25,667 nucleotides of DNA, taken from IMG/VR virus record IMGVR_UViG_3300042398_000498, positions 1-25,667 of that record; one strand, given 5' to 3'. The notes below the pieces were generated by a model. It saw nothing but the letters and a program-made list of their open reading frames with translations, was not told the DNA's origin and searched no databases. This DNA is from a virus. Its lineage: Duplodnaviria > Caudoviricetes. Both the position numbers and the translations under genes were made by a program. Positions 10,001 to 17,449 of the stretch are shown in pieces; the first letter of the stretch is position 1, and each line of letters starts with the position of its first letter.

Positions 10001-13000
10001 ATTTAATATTTGTTGGTATTCTGAATACATTGTACCAAATTTATAAACAGTAACAGTCCCCTCATTTGGATATTGCACTGTTTCCAGTGGATCAGATATT
10101 GCAATATATGTTCCGGTATCATTAACTGAAATACCAGTACCAAACGCCGATGTACTACCAGTCAATGTTTGTAAAAATTCAAAATCTTTATAAATATGCA
10201 CTTTGCCAACTGCAGAAATCAATAGTGTAGAGTTATCTGTACTGACATTTACATTTGTTCCATATAAATCACCGGAAACCTGGCCATTATAATTAGTTGT
10301 TAAATCATACTGCCAGTAATTTACAACAAAATTAATTGTACCAGATGGTTGAACATCGGGTGCAGCACTTAGTGTTACAGTTTTTGTTACAGTATTAACA
10401 CTTATTACTTGTTGATTACTATAGAATCCGGTCCCAACCACATACATACCAAACCCGATTTTAGCAACCGAAGATAATTTTATAATATTACCATAGCTAC
10501 CAGCAGGATTATATTCAGCACTTGTAACTATACTTTGATTGTATGAAACTTTATAAACTTTCCCAGTATCATTATCTGAACCTGGTGCCCCAATATATAA
10601 TGCATAAGAGCTCGCATCATTGTCAAATGATAAACTATATCCAAATTTTTCATTTGATGCAGGGAATGGGCTAACAAATGTAGATACTTCAAAGTAATTG
10701 TCTGTATCATCCTTTTCATAAATCGTAACAACACCTTGGTTTGTATAAATTGAATCAAGCCCTTTAATTGTAGTATGATTTAAATCATAGATTTCTCGTG
10801 TTATTGCATTGTTTAATCCAGTAGTATTATCAAATGAAACAGCAGCCGAATCAAATGTATTAACACTATTATCAAATCGCATATCTGTATAGTAAATTAC
10901 AGATGCATTACTTGCATTTGGGGAACCAACCGCAAGCCATTTCCCATCACCTGACATTGCAATAACTTCACCAAATATATTATTTGGATTGATTCCATTA
11001 TTAGAAATATATGGGGTTGTTAATACTTGCTTTTGTCTTCTAATAGAAGAATCGTTAGAGCTGTATGTATATATTTCTCCAAGTGCAGTTGATATGGCTA
11101 CTAATTTTCCAGAATCCCAAGACGCAATAGATCTACCATAATTCATTTCAGATGTAATATATGGTTGGACTATCATTCTCCCAGTATACACTGGATTATA
11201 TCGCCATACTGCCCAGTTACCGGTTCCATCATTGTCTGTCCATAGTTTTTCACCAGATAAAATGTTATTTTGCAAAATAGTATTTGCATTATCAATATTA
11301 GTAATACGTTGATTAGTAAATTTAAAAATTTCAATAGATGATTGATGGGTAAACGGATTTTCAATTGTTAACCCTGTTTTTATAATTACTATAGTATGTG
11401 TTGTTGTTGAATTTATTTTATAAAAACCATTAAATCCAATAACACCAGTAATACCAATATAATCACCTGTACCTAATGTGACTATGGAAGATGTTGTAAT
11501 TGTTAAAACACCATCATTAGCTGTATATGTAACATTAGTTATAACTAAATTTGATGGGGTATATCTATACACATTCCAAGAGCGTTGTTCAAATGTACAC
11601 CACACATAACTACCTTCAGAAAAGTTAGATATGTCTTGATCGATAATCTGATCTATAGATTTCAAAGTAACTAATACATCAGACTCTCTAACATATCCAG
11701 CCGATCTTAAAAATGGTTTTTTAGAAGTAACAACCGGAAATGGGTTTGAATTATATCCAATTGGTTTTAAATACAAATCCGTTGGAAGTTGTTGTATAAT
11801 ATAGTCTGATAACGATAAATCAATATTTGGTACTAATTTATATCCTTGAGGATTATTAACGTGGGTTTGTTCATCTAATAAGATTTCCACCTCATCAAAT
11901 GCACTACTAGCACCATATTGACCTACACGCAATGCCCATTCTTCGTAAAATGTCAGACTTTCTGCATTTTCTGTATTAAATACACCAAATAAATGGTCAA
12001 ATACATTTTGAGTACCTTTATCACGAATCATGCCTTGATAGAACTTAAATTCACTAACATTATCTTGAATAATATTGTCTAAATATTGACGTTTCTGATA
12101 CCCAATCAAATGTTGTGCCATTGTTTGCTGTGAATTATCAAAACTATCAACTTCTAATGTATAAAATTCATTAAATTGTGTAGCGATTGTTGTCAAGTTT
12201 GGTAAAATTTGCTGAACTGGTTTCTTTGATAATTTAACCCAGTTGCTTGGCATAAAATTTTCGGATCCAGCCATGCATATATCTGCACTATAATAATACG
12301 ATTGATACCTTACCACATCCCCAATAACATAATCTTTCCATGGTGTCCAATTTGATACACTAGCATCATCAAATATAAAGCCAGGAATATCAAATCCACC
12401 ATACCAGTCACTACTCACATATGCAGATACTTTAATTCTATCTTGTTTATATCCACTAGTTGGATCATAAATTAAATCATTAAACATTGTTGTATTGTTG
12501 ATAATAACAACATGTTCTTTTTGTATCAAGTAAAAGCTAGCATTGTAAATACCATCATCATTGGTTGGTGCATAACTAACAAAATTTTCATCTCTGTTTG
12601 ATTTTAAATATAATGGTGATATTGGTTGCCCGTCTACTCTAAACATTTCATAATCATTGTATGGATTAGATATATCGTCAATAATATTGATAGTTGTAGA
12701 AAATGTTATTTTATTCGCAGATGGACTTAAGGATATAACTGAACTCCCAACCGTACTTAATCCATCCATTTTTAAATAATATTCGGTTTGAAATGTAGAA
12801 TTAGCTGGAATATTTCTAAGAGCCTTATAGTAATCACCAAAATATCTAACAATAGTACCATATTGAACAGCGGTGTTAGGTACCCATTCTGACCATTTAT
12901 CCTGTCCGGTTGACCAATTTTGTGTTGTCCAAAATAAAAATTCCTTAGCACTGGTTTCCCAATTACATACTTGTGCTAAATTAGAATTAAAATCATCAAA

Positions 13001-16000
13001 TATGAAACCTTGATCTTTTAAGTACTCACCATAGCCAAGTAAAAAGTCAACTACTTCTTGAATAGTACTAAACACTGAATTGTATGGCAATGTGATTGGT
13101 GTTTGTCTATTCCAGGCTTTTCTAAAATATACAGTTCTTCCACCAACAATTGGTAATGATGCTAATTGTTGATATTTTGAATTATCGAATACAGAATCAC
13201 GGTTAATAAACACAGTGGCTCTATAAAACACGTTACCTAATTTAACTATTTGCCCGTGTGGGTATGATTCACCACTTTTCCATGAAACATATGATTCTGA
13301 AATTCCACCAATTGTTATAATTGACCCTTTTTGTGACCAATTATAATAGTTGAAATATGGCTGTGTTTTACTGTATCCGTTTACAGAATATCCATTCGCG
13401 AGTTTTGATACAATAACTCCACTATATGTTATTTTACTCGTAGGAGTAGACGTATTTAATATAATTTTATAATCATCTGACGGTACAAATACCCCACCAG
13501 CAGTTAATGGTGATTTTGAATCTAATATTAATTTAAATTGTTGTTTGCTTGTGAATGCACCAACTCTATAACATAAATTATAATTCAAATTAAAAATATC
13601 ATATAGATACTGATTATATTTTGTTAAATCTTCACTTACTAAATAATTAATAATATAGTTTATTATCCCAGATGTCTGGACACGTGAATTACTAGAATAG
13701 ATACTTGGTAATTTTAAATCAGATGCTGTTATATGCACCCCAGATTCTGTGTAAATTAGCTGCCCATTGAGATTTCTTTTTATTCTTGATCTATCAAATA
13801 ATACACCAATAACACTTGATGGTTTCATTAATATAGTTGTTAAAAGTAAACTAAATGGGAAGTGTGAACTACGTCTCCATGCATTTTCTACCGGTGCAAT
13901 ATCACCAAAAACAAAATCACCTTGTATATTTTGTGATAAAAATCCTGAAACAATTCCAGAATCAAATGGACTTACTAAATTTCCACCATCATCTACAGGA
14001 ATATGTGATAATAAAAATGGTTTTAAGTAATCTACCAATACAATTGGATCTTTACCAGGTTCTTTTAATAGGCCATTACTGATATCTTCCCACATTATGT
14101 GATTATCACTGGTATATGGAGCAGGTCCATACACAGTATCCCACCACGATGGCTTATCAGTAATTCCCATGATTTCCCATGGACATATATTTGGTCTATC
14201 AGTATCCAAAATCCATTTGTATACTCCTCTCCAATATCCAGGTGCAGTTGACCCGTTTGGTGATGATAACCCACTATAATTAAATGTGAATGGATTATTT
14301 TGATCAAATGTAACTGCTGAAAAATTAACATCAATTAATGACAACCATTTATAAAAACTTGATGATAATATTTTGTTAAACTCAGTCATACTATAATCAT
14401 TTTTAACATTATACCTAGATATAATGTCATTAATATTGAAAATATTAGGATCGTATGATATTTTAGTATTATTGTATATTCTTTTTTCTAACTCTATTAG
14501 TAAATCATCACGATAATCACCATATGCAAGTGTTAAACTACCATCGTGTCCCTGTATCATTGATACTGGTGTTATTAAAGTTGTATCAACATATATATTA
14601 GGATCATATAATGGAAAAATCCCTAATTTAGAAGGGGTTTCTGGTACAAAACATCCATCAGTATTCTCATATTCATAAATTGTTATTTCATCACCAGGTG
14701 CAATAGTCGCAGAAATATCAACGAACCCTTGATCATCAAACATATAATCATGGCCATACAATAGTTGAACACCATTTAAATATATTCCAACTGCTCTGTT
14801 AGATAATGCATCTAAAGTAAATGGTACATTCAATGGATATTGTGTTTGAATATAATCTAAAACTATATAAGTTGTTTTAACACTAGCACCAAATGGGATC
14901 ATATCACTAAAATAATACGGAGACGTTTTAGGAACATTTCTAGTTAACTCTTGCATGATCAAATCTACATGATTTTTTACGTCAGTATCAATACCAAGAG
15001 TTTCTGCTACTTTAATAAAATTTCGTTTAAACTTATTATAGTCTTCACGAGCTTGTTCAATTGCTCTAACAATATTAACCTGATCATTTGTAATATGATA
15101 CAATGATAGACAAGATGGTCCGCTATGACGGACAAACTTTGTTCCATATTGTGATATATTACCCAAATCTCTTAAATTACTAGATCCAGGAAAAATTCCA
15201 TTGAATCCTGGTAAATTGTCAACCATTGATGTTACATGGTCTAGTACTTCACCAAGTGAAAAATTAGAAATAGTTTCATTTAATGGATTATTTTGCAAAT
15301 TATTTGGTATTTCATAATATCCATTTGAATTTATTGGTTGTGAAGCAAATGTTCTTATTGTCAATACGTCAGTTAATGATATTGGGGTTGTCAATACTAT
15401 TCGTTTATATTTTGGAGAATTTTCAACCACCCATTGTGTGACTAATCCAATATCTTTTTGTAATCTAATACCATTAATGTAAATCTTTACTTCTAAATCA
15501 TCTAATAAAGATATATCATCAAAAATATCAATATCAAAATTATTTACTTTACCAGAGTTTTTATATATTCTAATACCAGCTTGGGTAATTAGCGATGTAT
15601 TTGTGACCCACCCATTGGAATAGACAGGAGAACCAACATAATCAGATGTAATTAAGTACCCAGTTCCTACATTTTTATCAACAAATGACAAAGTTGAACT
15701 ATCTCTATAACTAAACATATCAGAAATAAAGTTAAAGTTGAATACAATATCACCAATATTGTTTATACTTTTATAAGTTATTGGGAAATTTAAAATAGGG
15801 TCATCAATTCCAGTTGTATTGACTTTATACGTAAATACCTGTGATCCTTTAAAATTAGAACCACTATACACAGAAGTGTCACTGAAACTAATACCATTTT
15901 CGTCAACTACATCAAACACCGGCTGTTGATTCTGCTTTATTTTTTGCTGCCCAAGGACCCAATTAGATCCATTAAACCAAAATTGCTTATTAATCATAGA

Positions 16001-17449
16001 CCCATTTGTAACACGAACTACGTCATTGATCGATGGTACTCGTATTTTATGCAAATGTATTAAGGAATCGATTATTTCAACTTTATAAATTGCATTGGCA
16101 ACACTTGAATCCAAATCTGCTGTGAAAATGATATATTGACCATCAGATACTGCTATTTTATCTACAGTATACCCGGTTGATCCTTCAATATCAGAAAAAA
16201 CATCATTTGTAAAATCATCAACTAAATCAACATCTATTATGCCGGTAGTTCCAAAATTAAAAAGTTTTAAATTAGCAGAAAACTCAATAATTGGTCTATT
16301 AGCACGAGCACTTTGATTTAATGTGACTACTATTTTATTTAATTTTGCACTTGTAATTAATACATCTTTATGAACCCATCTATTTGATCTACTCCACGCA
16401 TTTTTATCAGTACTATCACGATTTATTGTAATATAATCAGGAGTTGGCGCTATAACATCCAATAAAGAGCTGTCTACTAGTTTAATTGCATTACCAACAC
16501 CCTCAACATAAAATGTACCAGAAGCATATTGGGTTGGTACCACTTTACCACTAAATGAAACCAACATTCCATTGCTTAATGGTGTACCATTTGTTAATGT
16601 ATATGTCTTTTTGCCTAAAATATCTGATTCAATATCAATTTCAGTGTTATCATCGATTGAAGATATAATAAAAATACCACCGGTATCTAAAGAGGTTTCA
16701 CTTTGATAAAATAATTGATTAGGTGCATTAAGTGGAACAGTAAATGTAATGGTCCCGTTTTCAACTGCATGTCCAGTAACTCCTTCTGTATATCGATACT
16801 GACCACCAACTGATCTTTCAGTAACAATACTGAATGGATTCCCAACTGAATTTATTTCAAATACATAGGTTTGGCCTCTATATAAGCGAAGTTGTGGATT
16901 AGTAGTAACACCATTTGGCGTGAATACATATTCAGTTGTATTACCATAAGTTGTTGTTTTTACAGAAAACGTACTTATAGAGTTACTTTGTTGTCCATGA
17001 ATATTAATTACAGATGGAATTTCCCAATAATAGTTTTGATAATTTACTAACTTGTCCCAATCAATATTAGGATTCCAGCTATACATTTCTTCTTTATTCA
17101 ATCTGGCATGATTTGATACATCACCACCAAAAACCTTAATTTTATTGATATAATCTTGATAATCTTTAAAATAAATGTTATTACCTTCTTCATCATTTAT
17201 TGTGATAGAAGGTTCTAATTGATAATTCTGTCTATTACTATCCGGTGCTTGAATAAAAACATCTGCACCGGTTGTAGCTTTTGCATTTTGACGGCCAATA
17301 TATCCATTCAATTTTGAAACAGTACCACGTTGAGTCAATTGCTCAACAGTTGCTTGCAAAAATTTTGAATTTGCATCTGTTCTAAAATATCTTGGTAAAA
17401 AAGTTGCAGATATATTAGTAGATGCGTTTGGATTAACTCTATCGGTCAT
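4100..17449 (-). CDS. Giant multidomain baseplate wedge / virion structural protein (gp7/P2-gpI-like core with accessory domains), 4449 aa
   Basis: Uninterrupted 13.35-kb ORF coupled to the gp6-like gene (TAATG overlap, GGGAG RBS). It contains FYQGMIRDKGT and EVKPYRTKIRE motifs, four WxxxxxYxxGxIVxYxxxxY repeats, FG-GAP-like propeller blades, SGxGYxxAPxV repeats and C-terminal beta-sandwich-like repeats. Confidence 0.8.
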   Translation of the reverse strand: MTDRVNPNASTNISATFLPRYFRTDANSKFLQATVEQLTQRGTVSKLNGYIGRQNAKATTGADVFIQAPDSNRQNYQLEPSITINDEEGNNIYFKDYQDYINKIKVFGGDVSNHARLNKEEMYSWNPNIDWDKLVNYQNYYWEIPSVINIHGQQSNSISTFSVKTTTYGNTTEYVFTPNGVTTNPQLRLYRGQTYVFEINSVGNPFSIVTERSVGGQYRYTEGVTGHAVENGTITFTVPLNAPNQLFYQSETSLDTGGIFIISSIDDNTEIDIESDILGKKTYTLTNGTPLSNGMLVSFSGKVVPTQYASGTFYVEGVGNAIKLVDSSLLDVIAPTPDYITINRDSTDKNAWSRSNRWVHKDVLITSAKLNKIVVTLNQSARANRPIIEFSANLKLFNFGTTGIIDVDLVDDFTNDVFSDIEGSTGYTVDKIAVSDGQYIIFTADLDSSVANAIYKVEIIDSLIHLHKIRVPSINDVVRVTNGSMINKQFWFNGSNWVLGQQKIKQNQQPVFDVVDENGISFSDTSVYSGSNFKGSQVFTYKVNTTGIDDPILNFPITYKSINNIGDIVFNFNFISDMFSYRDSSTLSFVDKNVGTGYLITSDYVGSPVYSNGWVTNTSLITQAGIRIYKNSGKVNNFDIDIFDDISLLDDLEVKIYINGIRLQKDIGLVTQWVVENSPKYKRIVLTTPISLTDVLTIRTFASQPINSNGYYEIPNNLQNNPLNETISNFSLGEVLDHVTSMVDNLPGFNGIFPGSSNLRDLGNISQYGTKFVRHSGPSCLSLYHITNDQVNIVRAIEQAREDYNKFKRNFIKVAETLGIDTDVKNHVDLIMQELTRNVPKTSPYYFSDMIPFGASVKTTYIVLDYIQTQYPLNVPFTLDALSNRAVGIYLNGVQLLYGHDYMFDDQGFVDISATIAPGDEITIYEYENTDGCFVPETPSKLGIFPLYDPNIYVDTTLITPVSMIQGHDGSLTLAYGDYRDDLLIELEKRIYNNTKISYDPNIFNINDIISRYNVKNDYSMTEFNKILSSSFYKWLSLIDVNFSAVTFDQNNPFTFNYSGLSSPNGSTAPGYWRGVYKWILDTDRPNICPWEIMGITDKPSWWDTVYGPAPYTSDNHIMWEDISNGLLKEPGKDPIVLVDYLKPFLLSHIPVDDGGNLVSPFDSGIVSGFLSQNIQGDFVFGDIAPVENAWRRSSHFPFSLLLTTILMKPSSVIGVLFDRSRIKRNLNGQLIYTESGVHITASDLKLPSIYSSNSRVQTSGIINYIINYLVSEDLTKYNQYLYDIFNLNYNLCYRVGAFTSKQQFKLILDSKSPLTAGGVFVPSDDYKIILNTSTPTSKITYSGVIVSKLANGYSVNGYSKTQPYFNYYNWSQKGSIITIGGISESYVSWKSGESYPHGQIVKLGNVFYRATVFINRDSVFDNSKYQQLASLPIVGGRTVYFRKAWNRQTPITLPYNSVFSTIQEVVDFLLGYGEYLKDQGFIFDDFNSNLAQVCNWETSAKEFLFWTTQNWSTGQDKWSEWVPNTAVQYGTIVRYFGDYYKALRNIPANSTFQTEYYLKMDGLSTVGSSVISLSPSANKITFSTTINIIDDISNPYNDYEMFRVDGQPISPLYLKSNRDENFVSYAPTNDDGIYNASFYLIQKEHVVIINNTTMFNDLIYDPTSGYKQDRIKVSAYVSSDWYGGFDIPGFIFDDASVSNWTPWKDYVIGDVVRYQSYYYSADICMAGSENFMPSNWVKLSKKPVQQILPNLTTIATQFNEFYTLEVDSFDNSQQTMAQHLIGYQKRQYLDNIIQDNVSEFKFYQGMIRDKGTQNVFDHLFGVFNTENAESLTFYEEWALRVGQYGASSAFDEVEILLDEQTHVNNPQGYKLVPNIDLSLSDYIIQQLPTDLYLKPIGYNSNPFPVVTSKKPFLRSAGYVRESDVLVTLKSIDQIIDQDISNFSEGSYVWCTFEQRSWNVYRYTPSNLVITNVTYTANDGVLTITTSSIVTLGTGDYIGITGVIGFNGFYKINSTTTHTIVIIKTGLTIENPFTHQSSIEIFKFTNQRITNIDNANTILQNNILSGEKLWTDNDGTGNWAVWRYNPVYTGRMIVQPYITSEMNYGRSIASWDSGKLVAISTALGEIYTYSSNDSSIRRQKQVLTTPYISNNGINPNNIFGEVIAMSGDGKWLAVGSPNASNASVIYYTDMRFDNSVNTFDSAAVSFDNTTGLNNAITREIYDLNHTTIKGLDSIYTNQGVVTIYEKDDTDNYFEVSTFVSPFPASNEKFGYSLSFDNDASSYALYIGAPGSDNDTGKVYKVSYNQSIVTSAEYNPAGSYGNIIKLSSVAKIGFGMYVVGTGFYSNQQVISVNTVTKTVTLSAAPDVQPSGTINFVVNYWQYDLTTNYNGQVSGDLYGTNVNVSTDNSTLLISAVGKVHIYKDFEFLQTLTGSTSAFGTGISVNDTGTYIAISDPLETVQYPNEGTVTVYKFGTMYSEYQQILNTVPESNEKFGTNISFMGDNTIVVHSKYSNSPSGRIDIYDRYATKWIFSETISLITNIENTANVGFSVGDGTVLIGTPSYDNQLQNIGLVVEYNKQANAYSWSKLNTEVTVPNISKIKKAFVYNKKTNMLLASLDVLDPLQGKIAGPADEEISYKTFYDPAIYSVGTSSVNVDTTAAWTTKQVGKIWWDLSTSKFIECNDVDDVYRSTNWYKLAPLASVDIYEWVETSLKPSAWDAQSDTDSGLSMGISGKSLYSDSVYSVKTYFDNISKSLKYTYYYWVKNKVTVPSVSGRYISSASVANMIANPVSEGYKFVSLTGMNSFNVANCKYLLQNKDVVLSLQYWTIGDIDQKIHSEWKLISNDPLTTIPYNVEQKWFDSLCGSDTAGRLVPDNTVSPKLRYGIENRPRQSMFVNRFEALKQYIEQANLVLIKNQISSSTRDLSLLEKYDSAPLESSRLYDKAIDTDSELQFINVSSVKQPVLLPIINDGKITDVKIINSGLGYITAPVITVLGSGINANIVPIINSKGQIISCSIINSGEGYSDDTVIRVRDFAILINSDTQSNDTWAIYSYQPKRNSFVASIANINGTTLTIDTIDGSITGIIETGQYLYGTGVIPGTFIVSGNGTTWTVNNVQTVTMTTIRSYASVPGWVRSLTQSYNTPNYWDKVNWYEPGYNEFTAIEYEVLNFSDLTSISPKVNDIVKVKYNNVGEWVLLKRNSTVGTIDWTQEYTIIGIENGTIQLKTSLYNQTAYDGALYDTTGYDINVTTELRNILTAIKESIFINDLKVEYLNLFFNSIRYAFSEQTYIDWIFKTSFVKATHNVGMLDQPITYKNDNLADFESYVAEVKPYRTKIREYVSSYNNNDIGKFGTTDFDLPSLYNYGGTTVIDATVENGEIVAYDTAINEYPWKSWLDHVGFKVTKLTLTYSGYGYLTAPTVEIISDSGSGATAYTTINNGKVDSIVLVTSGSGYLAAPVVRISNASNGDAARAVAIIGDSNIRTNTIGLKFDRITNDYSINKLEETESFEADGVNSTYGLSWAPDIKIGKALVTINGVEISRGVYTLAIVHEPINPEYNIYFSKVTGSITFDTIPVIGSIIEITYSKDVSTLNAADRIQHFYNPSSTDLGKDLSQLMTGVDYGGVIVDGMNFEYNKGWDSTPYASDRWDNYDTTYDDHAVNVGANEHSIDLPYVPEIGTLITVYLNGTRIDDQYYGIMPGATGPEHFQTNINAVMKTALVESESNDEVTVGINGYVSINIPINVSINEGDVIILRKITSDGSIKPYEEDYDTSYDGGNLAYTSATGISPSDVNVDGDGLVTENTSYAPEEIVPGQLVDAVSIKVYDSQSVVSGNIKVEKHVANGEDTIFDIGQRMNSNQSLIVTVESFFRNEDDELLSEIVYQEIGVDYIVNYDDNTITFTTAPDEGFIVTIFSIGVNGSDILDTGFFVGNGGQTIFATKTMWNSSISVTAYAYFHGEFLSNHIENVDGVLKFIFSNPIPPNAIVHYILASNAERTFTITTSQKVVGDNRPKTQAYILTSIVGDASPNEINMIVRIDQRILLSSEYTYIPAFGGSPAGIIFDTVIGPNNIVVIFSSYNNTILGVSRIEIDATPDIIPVQDSSQYYYNLEVLGGIIQLPNEIINEDYIWVVKTGKLLTPGVDFIINPDKISLTLLFEPTTEDVFDIITYNSNKTTRVSYMQFKDMLNRFQYKNLNYDQRTELTQDFYITDDVIYLKNTDNFDIPDIKKNKPGVIDINGERIEYFKIHDNTLSQIRRGTMGTGAVNLYESGTEVQNIGPSTIISYRDNNVTEHVTMSSFSNMVDVTFIPSKAVTEWDLPEEFTSVIPNNYGQCDEIDVFVHYEVTSWSITTTYNIGDIISYGIYTYRCISSHTSEDFLTDYNNWEFFSAHIRLKKHPYIVFNLNISPYSPAGDVQFDADFSVDGTSKKIRLTRPVPAGTKITIVKKTGLQWTL

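Noticed and set aside
4100-17449. Intein or intron inflating the giant ORF
   Set aside because: No Hint motifs (N-terminal C-x3-G/D-T block, terminal HN-C/S/T) or LAGLIDADG/HNH motifs were seen, and the frame is uninterrupted.
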